Shown: positions 39,368-49,538 of the stretch, piece by piece
Layout of the letters: each line of letters starts with the position of its first letter
Numbering within the stretch: the stretch's first letter is position 1
NCBI GenBank assembly: GCA_902517425.1
Contig: CABYCI010000002.1
Coordinates: 1 to 60,824, forward strand
Length of the DNA stretch: 60,824 nucleotides
DNA from: an uncultured SAR86 cluster bacterium
Lineage (GTDB): Bacteria > Pseudomonadota > Gammaproteobacteria > Magnimaribacterales > D2472
Reading direction: 5' to 3'
Position numbers and translations under genes: made by a program
Notes under the pieces: model-generated
Told to the model about the DNA's origin: nothing
Database searches by the model: none
Seen by the model: the letters and a program-made list of their open reading frames with translations, nothing else

Positions 39368-40630
39368 ATGGAAGAAATTAAATTTGCATTAGATACATTT
39401 TATGCCGTTATGGCAGGTGCATTAGTTATGTGGATGGCAGCTGGTTTTACCATGCTAGAAGCAGGACTTGTGCAAAAGAAAGATGTATCTGAAATTGTTA
39501 CTAAAAACTTAGGGCTATATTCTATAGCTTGTATTATGTATCTAGTTTGTGGCTTCATGCTTATGTATCCTGGTGATGCTGCATACGCTAATTTTTTACC
39601 ACAGATAGGTAGTTCATGGTCATTATCATTAGCAACAGAAGCTAGTCCAATATTATATGGATCAGGTGGATCAATTGAAGGCGGAGATTTTGTGGGGTAT
39701 TACTCACACCAAGCTGACTTCTTTTTCCAAGTTGTCTTTGTTGCTACAGCAATGTCTATCGTCTCAGGAGCTGTTGCAGGTAGAATGAAATTATTACCGT
39801 TCTTTTTGTTCGCAATCATCCTAACAGGTTTTATATATCCTATTCAGGGTTACTGGAACTGGGGTGGAGGCTTCTTAAGTTCTAATGGTTATTCTGACTA
39901 TGCTGGTTCAGGTACTGTTCACCTATGTGGTGCAGCTGCAGCACTTGCAGTGGTTATGGTTCTTGGTCCAAGAAAAGGAAAATATAGTTATGATGGCTCA
40001 TCAATGCCAATGCCCGGTTCAAACATCCCTATGGCAGCTCTTGGTGCATGGATATTATGGCTTGGATGGTTTGGATTTAATGGTGGTTCAGAGTTAAAAG
40101 TATCAGAAGTTGATAGTGCTACAGCAGTAAGTCAGGTATTTCTTAATACAAATATGGCTGCAGCTGGTGGTGTTGTTGCTGCTTTAATGATGAGTTTATT
40201 TAAAACAGGAAAAATGGATGTAACAATGGCTATTAACGGAGCTATTGCTGGACTTGTTGCAATTACTGCCGGTCCAAGCGCTCCAACAGCTGGTGCTGCT
40301 GTATTAATAGGTGCTGCTGGTGGTGTACTTGTGTATCTATCAATTTTATATATGGATACAAAATTGAAATTAGATGATCCTGTCGGTGCTATTTCAGCTC
40401 ACGGTACAGTTGGTATTTTGGGTGTTATGGTAGTTCCATTTACATCTGATGCTTCATTTGCGATGCAAGCTATTGGAGTTATTTCAATTGCAGGATTTAC
40501 ATTCTTAATGAGTCTAGCAACTGTGTTAGCAATTAATTTTGTAATGCCAATTAGAGCTACTGACGAAGAACAAGATCTTGGTCTTGATGTTTCTGAGATA
40601 GGTGTTGAAGCTTATCCAGAATTTAAGTAA
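39368..40630 (+). CDS. amtB: ammonium transporter (Amt family, no signal peptide)
   Basis: 420 aa. Contains DYAGSGTVHLCGAAAAL and WFGFNGGS. Shows the classic glnK-amt pairing. Confidence 0.9.
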   Translation: MEEIKFALDTFYAVMAGALVMWMAAGFTMLEAGLVQKKDVSEIVTKNLGLYSIACIMYLVCGFMLMYPGDAAYANFLPQIGSSWSLSLATEASPILYGSGGSIEGGDFVGYYSHQADFFFQVVFVATAMSIVSGAVAGRMKLLPFFLFAIILTGFIYPIQGYWNWGGGFLSSNGYSDYAGSGTVHLCGAAAALAVVMVLGPRKGKYSYDGSSMPMPGSNIPMAALGAWILWLGWFGFNGGSELKVSEVDSATAVSQVFLNTNMAAAGGVVAALMMSLFKTGKMDVTMAINGAIAGLVAITAGPSAPTAGAAVLIGAAGGVLVYLSILYMDTKLKLDDPVGAISAHGTVGILGVMVVPFTSDASFAMQAIGVISIAGFTFLMSLATVLAINFVMPIRATDEEQDLGLDVSEIGVEAYPEFK

Positions 40631-40687
40631 TTTAATATTATGACTGCATAAAAAATGCTCCCCCTATAGGTCAGATTATTAAATTTT

Positions 40688-40726
40688 AGAGAAGAGTTGT
40701 TTTATACAACTCTTCTCTTTTTTTTT
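40688..40726 (+). terminator. rho-independent terminator of the glnK-amt operon
   Basis: AGAGAAGAGTTG-ttttata-CAACTCTTCTCT, a 12-bp perfect stem, followed by TTTTTTTT. Confidence 0.85.
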
Positions 40727-40798
40727 ACCCACGATTTATATAAATTGATGTAATATTCATTAAATATAAAAAATATATATAAATACAGGGGCATTTTT

Positions 40799-42076
40799 GT
40801 GAAAATACTATCAAGTTTTCTTATCTTATTTCTTTCATTTAATATATCAGCAGAGGAGATTAATTCTGGTGATACATCATGGATTTTAACTTCAACAGCA
40901 TTAGTCTTGTTTATGACGTTACCTGGTTTAGCGCTTTTTTATGGTGGTTTAGTTAGATCAAAAAATGTTTTATCGGTCTTAATGCAATGTTTCACAATAG
41001 CGTGTCTTATTTCAGTTTGTTGGGTTGTTTATGGATATAGTCTTGCCTTTAAAGGCGATGGACTGTTCATTGGTGATTTAAGCGCTTTATTTTTAAATGG
41101 TGTTGAAAGAAATTCAATGAGTGGTTCGCTTCCTGAGTCTGTATTTATAACTTTTCAAATGACATTTGCAATTATTACACCAGCATTGGTAGTGGGAGCT
41201 TTTGCTGAAAGAATGAAATTTTCATCAATGTGTTTATTTTCTGTTGCATGGTTCACATTGGTTTATCTACCTGCATGTCATATGGTTTGGGGTGGTGGTT
41301 ATCTTGGTAGTAAAGGCGTTATTGATTTTGCAGGTGGGTTAGTTGTTCATGCCACATGTGGACTTGGAGCTTTAGTCGCAGCAATTTACCTTGGAAAGCG
41401 AAAAGGATTTAATACATCCCCTCTTCCTCCTCATAATAGAACAATGGTAATGATAGGAGCTTCTATGCTTTGGATAGGTTGGTTTGGTTTTAATGCTGGA
41501 AGTGCTGTTGCTGCAGATGGTTCAGCTGGTATGGCAATGCTTGTAACTCATATAAGTGCTTCAGTTGGAGCTCTGACCTGGATGGCAATAGAATGGATTA
41601 AGTCAGGTAAAGCTACTATGGTTGGTATTGCAACTGGTATGGTTTCTGGTTTAGCAACGATAACACCAGCCTCAGGTACTGTAGGGCCTGCTGGTGCTAT
41701 ATTAATAGGACTGCTTGCTGGATCTGTGTGCTTTTATGCAACTCAAATGGTTAAATCTTATTTTGTGATTGATGACTCTTTAGATGTTTTTCCAGTTCAT
41801 GGAGTTGGGGGTATGTTAGGAATAGTTATGCTAGCAATAGTAGGTAATCCAAATGGATTTCTAGGATCTGGTGCAGCTGGAATATCTGAAGAAGGAATGA
41901 TTGCTCAATTAATGTTACAACTTGAAGGTATATTTGTAATTGGTCTTTGGACTGTTATAGCAACCTACATAATTTTAAAAGTAATAAATATGTTCACAGA
42001 TATAAGAGTATCTAGCGAAGCAGAAGAAGAAGGATTAGACATTCATGAACATAACGAAAGTGGTTACAGTTTATAG
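40799..42076 (+). CDS. amtB: ammonium transporter AmtB type with cleavable signal peptide
   Basis: 425 aa, GTG start. Contains (M)KILSSFLILFLSFNISAEE, DFAGGLVVHATCG and WFGFNAGS. Confidence 0.9.
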   Translation: MKILSSFLILFLSFNISAEEINSGDTSWILTSTALVLFMTLPGLALFYGGLVRSKNVLSVLMQCFTIACLISVCWVVYGYSLAFKGDGLFIGDLSALFLNGVERNSMSGSLPESVFITFQMTFAIITPALVVGAFAERMKFSSMCLFSVAWFTLVYLPACHMVWGGGYLGSKGVIDFAGGLVVHATCGLGALVAAIYLGKRKGFNTSPLPPHNRTMVMIGASMLWIGWFGFNAGSAVAADGSAGMAMLVTHISASVGALTWMAIEWIKSGKATMVGIATGMVSGLATITPASGTVGPAGAILIGLLAGSVCFYATQMVKSYFVIDDSLDVFPVHGVGGMLGIVMLAIVGNPNGFLGSGAAGISEEGMIAQLMLQLEGIFVIGLWTVIATYIILKVINMFTDIRVSSEAEEEGLDIHEHNESGYSL

Positions 42077-43180
42077 AACTGGATTTGCATATTGATTTAA
42101 TAAATAGGGGTGCATATCTTCAGGTATAGTCTTCATTCTATTTTTTAGATACTCAATAGCTCTATCTATATCATCTGCGCTATATATATTTTCATTCGTT
42201 TTTTTACCTTGAATGATTGCTGCAGCATAATTTGTAGGATGTGGTTTATATAAGTCCTTAATTTCTTTAGTTATTTTGTCCGAGCATGCTTCATATGCAT
42301 CTGTATTAAAGTTTATTTCATCTCCTATATTTAAAAACACATCCCCTTTGGTACCTCTTATTCCATCTGAAATACTTTGTAGATCTTCTTTGGGTTCCTT
42401 GATATATGTTTGATTAAGGTCTGTTAGATATAGTTCTCTAGCCTTAAGCAAATCGTTTGGATCCTTCTCATATGAAATGGATACAGGCACTACACATAAA
42501 GAATTAAGATATTGGTCCACTGGAACCTTCTTTCGTGAATTGAGATGAATCATTTTAATTACTGATGGATCTGTATAATCATTGCCATCCTTTGATCTTC
42601 CTTGTTTTTGAGCAATCCATATAGATTCGTTTTGAATTCTGATCTTATCAAAAATAAAATCTGAAGCCAGACTTAAGCTTTTATATATATCTTTTTTTGA
42701 TTTATCACTTCGATCGATAATAAAGCTTTTATTTAGTCTCATTAAATCTGAAGCCCATTTTTCATTCAATAAATTATTACCTACCGCACTGTATGTGGTA
42801 TTAAAATTATTTTGATGCAATGTTAAGTTTAGTAATGCTGAATCTAAAGTAATATCTCTATGATTCGATATAAAGAGATATCCTTTTTTAGGATCTAATT
42901 TATTTATACCTGAAACAGAAAAATTATTTACAGTAGTCTTTACAACATCAGAAACAATGCCTTCAAATAAATCTTGATAAGTTGGAATATCATGAATATT
43001 TTTGATTTTATTTTTTAATAAATAACTAAGTATTTTTCTTGAAAAAGGAAGGTATCTAATACTTTTGAACTCACCTGTTGCAAATAGCATCTTTAAAAAT
43101 CTTCTATTATTAGATAACCCTAATAAAACTTCATGAACTTCTTCATCAAGATAAGGCCTTATAGAATCGTATTTATTCAC
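42071..43180 (-). CDS. glycerolipid acyltransferase (PlsC/LPLAT-domain protein)
   Basis: 369 aa with HX4D motif NHRDITLD. Confidence 0.65.
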   Translation of the reverse strand: MNKYDSIRPYLDEEVHEVLLGLSNNRRFLKMLFATGEFKSIRYLPFSRKILSYLLKNKIKNIHDIPTYQDLFEGIVSDVVKTTVNNFSVSGINKLDPKKGYLFISNHRDITLDSALLNLTLHQNNFNTTYSAVGNNLLNEKWASDLMRLNKSFIIDRSDKSKKDIYKSLSLASDFIFDKIRIQNESIWIAQKQGRSKDGNDYTDPSVIKMIHLNSRKKVPVDQYLNSLCVVPVSISYEKDPNDLLKARELYLTDLNQTYIKEPKEDLQSISDGIRGTKGDVFLNIGDEINFNTDAYEACSDKITKEIKDLYKPHPTNYAAAIIQGKKTNENIYSADDIDRAIEYLKNRMKTIPEDMHPYLLNQYANPVL

Positions 43181-43247
43181 TGAAAAACATTGAGCTTATA
43201 AATGGTATGCATATATTTTACATTAATAATGTATACAATATCGATGA

Positions 43248-43982
43248 ATGAAAACTTATCTACAATATGATGGACTTACTGTTCTTGCCCATAGAGGCGG
43301 CGCAGATGAATCCTTTGAAAATACTTTAGAATCTTTTGATTACTCTAAATCCTTAGGATGTAAGTTTATAGAAACAGATGTTCAGGTTTCAGCAGATGGA
43401 ATCCCATATATCTTTCACGATGATGATTTAAAAAGAGTTCTTAATATATCTTCAAGATTTGACTCTCTTAGTAGTCAAGAAATTGATAAATTAAAAATAT
43501 TTGACCAATACAGAATTCCAAAGTTAGAAGAAGCATTAAATGAATTTCCTGATATCTCATTTCAGATAGACTTCAAAACTGATGAGGTGGTCGCTCCTGC
43601 CTTAGACGTCATTAAGAAAACTAAATCATTTGAAAGAATTTGTGTAGCAAGTTTTAACAGCGAACGACTAAAAAGAGTTAGATCAACCTATCCTGATTTA
43701 TGTATATCGATGGGTCCTAACGAAGTTATTAAAACATTAATATCTAGTTTTGGTTTATACAACGATTCAATAGATGGGGACTGTTTACAGATACCTATTA
43801 GATATTATGGTGTGAGGGTTGTTACAAAAAGATTTGTTAAATATCTAAAGTCTAAGGGATTAAAAATAATGGTATGGACTATCAATGATGTTAAAACATT
43901 TAAATATTTAATTGAGCTTAAGGTTGACGGAATTATCACTGACAAACCAAAGTTATTGTTTGAAACACTTAGTAAATATTAA
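43248..43982 (+). CDS. glycerophosphodiester phosphodiesterase
   Basis: 244 aa. Contains LAHRGG, ENTLESF, ETDVQVSADGIPYIFHDDDL and MVWTIND. Confidence 0.85.
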   Translation: MKTYLQYDGLTVLAHRGGADESFENTLESFDYSKSLGCKFIETDVQVSADGIPYIFHDDDLKRVLNISSRFDSLSSQEIDKLKIFDQYRIPKLEEALNEFPDISFQIDFKTDEVVAPALDVIKKTKSFERICVASFNSERLKRVRSTYPDLCISMGPNEVIKTLISSFGLYNDSIDGDCLQIPIRYYGVRVVTKRFVKYLKSKGLKIMVWTINDVKTFKYLIELKVDGIITDKPKLLFETLSKY

Positions 43983-44164
43983 AGGTACTTCTTAAATAAT
44001 CTAGTAAGCACGGCATACATTGGGAGTATTATTGATGTTGTTATTAATATTTCTATCTGCCATGAATAGTCTATTAAACTTCTAATAAAAGGAGCTATTA
44101 CAAAAGCTGTAATCGTTCCTAAAACTCCATAGAAAACAATTGATTTAAAGCTAAATAACTTCAT
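43979..44164 (-). CDS. hypothetical 2-TM small membrane protein
   Basis: 61 aa. Overlaps the upstream MFS gene by 14 nt. No family recognised. Confidence 0.3.
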   Translation of the reverse strand: MKLFSFKSIVFYGVLGTITAFVIAPFIRSLIDYSWQIEILITTSIILPMYAVLTRLFKKYL

Positions 44165-45398
44165 CGGTATCTACAAAATATAAAACTATCAAACCTAGGA
44201 CAAATAATATTAGTATTGGGAGTAACATAACGATGGTATTTTTAAAAATTGTTAGAAAAATACCTACCAGTGCTGGGCCCATGAATGCTCCAGCCTTACC
44301 AAAAGTGTTAAAAATACCAAAAAACTCACCAGCTCTTTCTGGAGGTATTAGCTTTGCAAATAAACTCCTTGAGCTTCCTTGAATTCCGCCTTGAACAAAG
44401 CCAACTAGGGACGCAAGTATATAAAATTCGGTTGAATTTGATAAAGAAAATGAAAATAAGATTATTGCAATGTATATAACAATAGAAATATTAATTACCA
44501 ACTTATCTCCCCTTTTTTCGGCTATATATGACCACATAATAGTTGAAGGAAATGCAATAAATTGAACTAGTATAAGAGCGATTATTATTGAACTAGTGTC
44601 TAACCCTAAATTTAAAGCAAATGTTGATGCAAGTGCCATTACAGTGTGGACGCCATCAATAAATAGGAAGAAGGCAATCAAAAATATAAAAACATTTTTA
44701 TACTCTGGTATGGATTTTAAGGTTGAAAAAATATTTCCAAGAGATCTACTCAATACTTTTTTTGAGGATTGAATATCTCTTTCTTTGTAGGTAATACTTA
44801 AAGGTAGTAAGAATATTGACCACCATATTGAAACTGTTATAAATGACCATCTTATGGCTTCAGCCTGAGAGCTAAGTCCAAATAATTCGGGATTAAGACT
44901 CATTAATGCATTTATTAAAAATAAAAGGCCTCCACCAAAATAACCCCATGCATAGCCATATCCAGAAATTTTAGAGAACAAATCAGGTGATGTTATTTGA
45001 ACAAGTATCTTGTCGTATAAAACATTAGATGCTGAAAAAAAATAATTAGCAATTCCAAAAAATACAAGCGCATATATCCAAGAACCTGCTTCAACAAAAA
45101 AAAGTAATCCTACACAAATTATTGAAATAAGCACCATTGTGATAAATAGCTTTTTTGTAGTTTTGCTAATGTCAGTAACTGCACCAATCAATGGAGCTGT
45201 AAATAATAAAGCAACATTTGAGATGACAAGAGTCCAACTTAAATATTCAGCCGATAAAACTGAGTCAATATTAGATGCCCAAAATTGGTTATAGAAAATC
45301 GGAAAAAACGCTGCAACAACCGTTGTAGCAAAGGCAGAATTACCCAAATCATAGGATATCCATGCTTTAACTTCTTTAGATAGTTTTGAATTATTCAA
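44151..45398 (-). CDS. MFS transporter (UMF1/Atg22-like)
   Basis: 415 aa, TTG start. The N-terminal block WISYDLGNSAFATTVVAAFFPIFY is typical of the UMF1 family. Confidence 0.8.
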   Translation of the reverse strand: MNNSKLSKEVKAWISYDLGNSAFATTVVAAFFPIFYNQFWASNIDSVLSAEYLSWTLVISNVALLFTAPLIGAVTDISKTTKKLFITMVLISIICVGLLFFVEAGSWIYALVFFGIANYFFSASNVLYDKILVQITSPDLFSKISGYGYAWGYFGGGLLFLINALMSLNPELFGLSSQAEAIRWSFITVSIWWSIFLLPLSITYKERDIQSSKKVLSRSLGNIFSTLKSIPEYKNVFIFLIAFFLFIDGVHTVMALASTFALNLGLDTSSIIIALILVQFIAFPSTIMWSYIAEKRGDKLVINISIVIYIAIILFSFSLSNSTEFYILASLVGFVQGGIQGSSRSLFAKLIPPERAGEFFGIFNTFGKAGAFMGPALVGIFLTIFKNTIVMLLPILILFVLGLIVLYFVDTDEVI

Positions 45399-45490
45399 GG
45401 TATTAATTTATAGGTTTATATGTATTTTATATTAAAAAATTGGTTGAAATTATAAATATTTTTGATATATTTTTTATAGGGGTAAATGTT

Positions 45491-45589
45491 ATGGATGATA
45501 GTTCTACTTTAAAGCAAGGTTCTTACTTTGCTATTGGTATCGGCATTGTTATTTTTATATTAGGTATTGCGGCCTATTTATATTTTTAG
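45491..45589 (+). CDS. candidate micro-protein, 32 aa, C-terminal TM (weak)
   Basis: Reads [37 protein letters not shown] lies about 10 nt upstream. It sits in a 187-nt spacer, and its stop overlaps the stop of the convergent HIT gene. Confidence 0.15.
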   Translation: MDDSSTLKQGSYFAIGIGIVIFILGIAAYLYF

Positions 45590-45927
45590 CCTGGTGGCCA
45601 ATTTAAAGATCTTCCCGATAAGAGGTGTAAATGCAAGTGAAAGACACTTTGTCCTGCTTTAGCACCGTTATTTACGACAAGTCTAAATGTTTCATCAAGC
45701 CCTAGGTCTTCAGCAATTTTTCCTGCAACTAACATCAAATGACCTAAAATCTCTTGATCTTCGTGAGTTGCATCAGATAACTTGGGTATAACTTTTTTTG
45801 GGATGATTAAAAGATGAGTTGGAGCTTGGGGACTGATATCTTTTATAACTATGGAGATGTCGTCTTCATAAAGAATATCTGCAGGAATCTCTTTATTGAT
45901 AATTTTTTCAAACAGAGTTTGTGACAT
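45586..45927 (-). CDS. HIT-family (HinT-like) nucleotide hydrolase
   Basis: 113 aa. Contains the histidine triad HLHLHLL and N-terminal CLF-like [11 protein letters not shown]. Confidence 0.9.
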   Translation of the reverse strand: MSQTLFEKIINKEIPADILYEDDISIVIKDISPQAPTHLLIIPKKVIPKLSDATHEDQEILGHLMLVAGKIAEDLGLDETFRLVVNNGAKAGQSVFHLHLHLLSGRSLNWPPG

Positions 45928-45932
45928 ATCTT

Positions 45933-46121
45933 TTAAAAGAAGGTTCTAAAAAATCTAAAACCGATATAAAAAAGAGCAGCTGTCATTAAAATAGCTAAAA
46001 ATATAATCAATAAATCTCTTAAAGTTTGAAGGAACCTTCCTTGTCTTACAGACTTAACTAGCTGAATAAGAAGATAAACCAGTGCAACACAACTTACCAC
46101 CAATATAAAAACACTTAACAT
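45933..46121 (-). CDS. hypothetical 2-TM small membrane protein
   Basis: 62 aa. Packed 4-5 nt from both neighbours within the DedA-HIT gene string. Confidence 0.4.
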   Translation of the reverse strand: MLSVFILVVSCVALVYLLIQLVKSVRQGRFLQTLRDLLIIFLAILMTAALFYIGFRFFRTFF

Positions 46122-46125
46122 ATTA

Positions 46126-46626
46126 CTAACCTATAATTGATCCTGAAATTATTACTAAAAAAGCAAGTGCAGCGCCCCAAAGGGAGCAAGCAATAACATC
46201 AGCTATGTAAAATCTTACAGCTTTTAAGTCAGAAATTCCAAGTAAAAATGGAACTATAGATCTTATCGCTGGAATGAATCTACCCAGAATTACTGCATAA
46301 GATCCTCTTCTATCTAAGAATCTTTGAGCTCTTTGTATATTTTTTTCTCTTTTTTTAATAAATGAAGTACCTAAAATACTTGGCCCTAATGTTTTCCCAA
46401 AGAAAAATCCAGACATATCACCGGTATGAGAGCCTAACATGGCTACAAAAACAATTACTTGTAATGAGAGCAGATCCATATTGTAAACAAATACACATAA
46501 TGAAAATAAAATAAGACTAGATACCATGAAGGAAAGAATAAAAGATTCTAGGAAAGCAAAAATAAATAAGGCTATCCATGCCAATTCATTATTAGCAGTT
46601 AGAAATGATTCGATATTATTAAACAT
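46126..46626 (-). CDS. DedA/VTT-domain membrane protein (short)
   Basis: 166 aa. Contains FLESF..., GFFFGKTLG and VILGRFIPAIRSIVPFLLGIS. Confidence 0.7.
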   Translation of the reverse strand: MFNNIESFLTANNELAWIALFIFAFLESFILSFMVSSLILFSLCVFVYNMDLLSLQVIVFVAMLGSHTGDMSGFFFGKTLGPSILGTSFIKKREKNIQRAQRFLDRRGSYAVILGRFIPAIRSIVPFLLGISDLKAVRFYIADVIACSLWGAALAFLVIISGSIIG

Positions 46627-46686
46627 ATAAAAACAAAAAGAGATATTCTACTTCAATGTACAAAAATAATGTTGTAAATTAAAAAA

Positions 46687-47805
46687 ATGATTGAAGAATA
46701 CATTATCAACATTCCTGAAGAAAATATTGATTTACTCAGACAAAAGATTAATTTAACCAGATGGCCAGATGAAATAAATAATAAATGGTCTCACGGAACC
46801 GATATGTCTTTTCTTAAGGAACTTTCAAAGTATTGGTGTAATGAGTTTGATTGGCGAATACATGAAAGCAAGCTGAATGAAATTGGTAGCTTTCGATATA
46901 CTTCAGAATCAGGTTTAAAAATTCATTTTCTTCACTCCAAATCAAAAGAAACGAATGCTATTCCTTTAGTTATGACTCATGGTTGGCCTGGTAGTGTTCA
47001 AGAGTTCATAAAAATTATTCCAATTATTCAGAAAAATTCTAATGTGCCTTTGGATATTATTTGCCCTTCTCTTCCAGGATTTGGATTTTCTGATAAGCCA
47101 CAAGAAGAAGGAATGAATTCAAAAGAGATTGCAAAACTTCAACATGAGCTGATTATGGCTTTAGGTTATAAAAAATATATTGTTCAAGGTGGAGATTGGG
47201 GCGCGACTATTAGCAAATGGATGGCAGAACTCTATAAAGATGCATGCATTGGAATACATTTAAATATGGTTATAGCATGGCCTCCAGCAACGGATGACCC
47301 AATGAAAAATGTTACAGAGGCTGAACAAAAACTTTTGGCTAATTATGACAAATACAAAGAGCAAGGTTTTGGCTATTATGAAATTCAAAAAACCAAGCCA
47401 CAAACATTAGGATATGGTCTAAACGATTCGCCAGTCGGTTTAGCTGCCTGGATAGTTGAAAAGTTTTATGGCTGGTTTGACGGCGAAGATAACAAACTTG
47501 TTGTTTCTAATGAAGAAGTATTAGCAATTGTTTCTTTGTATTGGTTTACACAATCTATTACTTCCTCAGCAAGGTTATATAGAGAAAATGGTGATTTAGG
47601 ATTTTCATTTGAAAATATTATTCAACCAATGGCCGGTGCAATTTTTAAACGGGACCTTATCGCACCGCCAAAAGTCTGGGCTGAGCAAATATATGATGTG
47701 GTTCAATGGAATATTCATGATGGTGGTCATTTTGCAGCTTTGGAAGAACCAGATACCCTATCTGAAGATATTATAAAATTTGTCACTAAGGTAGTAGGTT
47801 CTTAA
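46687..47805 (+). CDS. epoxide hydrolase (microsomal-EH-like alpha/beta hydrolase)
   Basis: 372 aa. Contains the EH N-terminal domain, HGWPGS and nucleophile QGGDWGA. Confidence 0.85.
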   Translation: MIEEYIINIPEENIDLLRQKINLTRWPDEINNKWSHGTDMSFLKELSKYWCNEFDWRIHESKLNEIGSFRYTSESGLKIHFLHSKSKETNAIPLVMTHGWPGSVQEFIKIIPIIQKNSNVPLDIICPSLPGFGFSDKPQEEGMNSKEIAKLQHELIMALGYKKYIVQGGDWGATISKWMAELYKDACIGIHLNMVIAWPPATDDPMKNVTEAEQKLLANYDKYKEQGFGYYEIQKTKPQTLGYGLNDSPVGLAAWIVEKFYGWFDGEDNKLVVSNEEVLAIVSLYWFTQSITSSARLYRENGDLGFSFENIIQPMAGAIFKRDLIAPPKVWAEQIYDVVQWNIHDGGHFAALEEPDTLSEDIIKFVTKVVGS

Positions 47806-48850
47806 TATCTGTTAGTGATATAAATTTAAAGTTCTCTTTAGGAATTGTTTTTTCTCCAGTATTTTTTCCATCTTGAACAACCATCATTCCATCTGGAAAG
47901 TCTGCATTTAAATAAAGATTAACAATCTCAATTCCATCGGTATCACTTACTTGGTCTATATATTTGCTGCCCCCTATTTTAAAAGAATTGATAAATTTAT
48001 GAGGTCTATTTCTTTCATAGATATTAAATGTACTATTACCCTGTGATGATGCAATTAAGTACCCTTTATTATTTTGCTGCTTAAGAATAGCTAAACCTTC
48101 GGGATCACCAACGATATAACCATTTCTATCATCAATAATAAATTCATCATCAAGAGTTAATATGGTTGTAAGTTCGTACGATCTTAAAACACCTTTTTTA
48201 TTTTCCTCTGATATAAATAAAAGATTGTTCTCATCATCAAATACACATCCTTCAGATTCATAAGCATCACTGTTATTAAATGTTCTTAAAAGATTCAACT
48301 TCCTATCATTAAAGATCCAAAGCTGTACTCCAGATCCTTTTGCTTCAGTAACAAATACAATTAATTCATTAGCTTGGGAAATTCCAGCACAAGCTCCATA
48401 AGCTAAAAAATTTGTGTCACCTGAAAAATCTGGTTTTTCCCTCAAGGAAAATTTTCCTTCTTTAGATGCTATATCAAGATCAATATCTTCATATACCCAT
48501 AAGTTAATAGTATTGTTGGATGTATCTGTTGCAAATACATACGTCTTATTATCAATAGATCTTAGATCTATATTATTCATACTCCCAGATTTAGAAAAAC
48601 CTAAAATATTTCCATCTAAGTCATATGAGTAGATACCATTGTATTTATCAGTTCCAAATACTATTGAGTTTTTAATATCAGCTGTATTTATCCAAATTGC
48701 AGGATCATCTGCATTGCCATCCATCTTGACTTGTGGAGTCTCTTTTATTGCATGGATAGTATTGATGTTTGAAGCATTCAAATATGAATTAGAGTTAAAT
48801 ATTAAAAGAAAGAGAATTAATACAAATTGTGACCTTGTTCTCATTTCCAA
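47786..48850 (-). CDS. beta-propeller phytase (3-phytase), secreted
   Basis: 354 aa with a signal peptide. Contains GNADDPAIWIN and GTDK, and repeated D/E-rich blades. Confidence 0.8.
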   Translation of the reverse strand: MEMRTRSQFVLILFLLIFNSNSYLNASNINTIHAIKETPQVKMDGNADDPAIWINTADIKNSIVFGTDKYNGIYSYDLDGNILGFSKSGSMNNIDLRSIDNKTYVFATDTSNNTINLWVYEDIDLDIASKEGKFSLREKPDFSGDTNFLAYGACAGISQANELIVFVTEAKGSGVQLWIFNDRKLNLLRTFNNSDAYESEGCVFDDENNLLFISEENKKGVLRSYELTTILTLDDEFIIDDRNGYIVGDPEGLAILKQQNNKGYLIASSQGNSTFNIYERNRPHKFINSFKIGGSKYIDQVSDTDGIEIVNLYLNADFPDGMMVVQDGKNTGEKTIPKENFKFISLTDIKNLLP

Positions 48851-48851
48851 T

Positions 48852-49448
48852 TTAATTAGATTGATTTAACCAATTAAGCATATAAGCATGAGCAGCTCTA
48901 TTAGCTTCAATTTTTCCAACTTCATTTAAAAGACCACCCTCTCTTGTATTTAGGGAGAAGATTGAGATTATTATTTGAGTATAGACTCTAAAAACACCAT
49001 CTTTATTAAATATTTCTGGTAGATTTATATTTTTTTCTACAAATGTTTGAACGCTTGCAGATAACTGATTAAATGATTCCTTTTGAACTGGTAAGCAGGT
49101 AGTATTCAATAAAATTAAAGCCTGAGCTGCTTTTGATTCTACAAAAAAATTATGCAGTATTTCGACCGATCTCAATACAACAACTGATAGTTCTTGAGAA
49201 TTTATATTATCAATATTATCAATAAAATCTTTATTGCATTCTAAAAGATATTTCGAAACTAATGCTGATTTGATAGAGTCAGGTGTTTGAAAAAATTTAT
49301 ATGTTGAAGTCCGTTTTAATCCAGAAAGTTTAGAAATATTAGCAATAGTAATAGCATCAATATTTTCTTCAAGAAGAATAGTTTCTGCAGTCTCTAAAAT
49401 AGTTTCTATTCTCTTCTTGCTTCTTTCTTGTTTAGGTGGTGAATCCAT
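48852..49448 (-). CDS. TetR-family transcriptional regulator
   Basis: 198 aa with N-terminal HTH ITIANISKLSGLKRTSTYKFF. Its stop lies 1 nt before the phytase start. Confidence 0.8.
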   Translation of the reverse strand: MDSPPKQERSKKRIETILETAETILLEENIDAITIANISKLSGLKRTSTYKFFQTPDSIKSALVSKYLLECNKDFIDNIDNINSQELSVVVLRSVEILHNFFVESKAAQALILLNTTCLPVQKESFNQLSASVQTFVEKNINLPEIFNKDGVFRVYTQIIISIFSLNTREGGLLNEVGKIEANRAAHAYMLNWLNQSN

Positions 49449-49538
49449 ATATTAATTATGGACAAATGTTGAAAAAAGTAAATCAGTTAAATAATAAAAA
49501 GGATGTTAATGCACACTTTTTATTTATTTAAATTTAAC

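Noticed and set aside
40644-40659. CTGCATAAAAAATGCT, a sigma-54-like spacing just after the first amt gene
   Set aside because: It lacks the invariant GG of the -24 element and lies upstream of the strong terminator, so it cannot serve the second amt gene.
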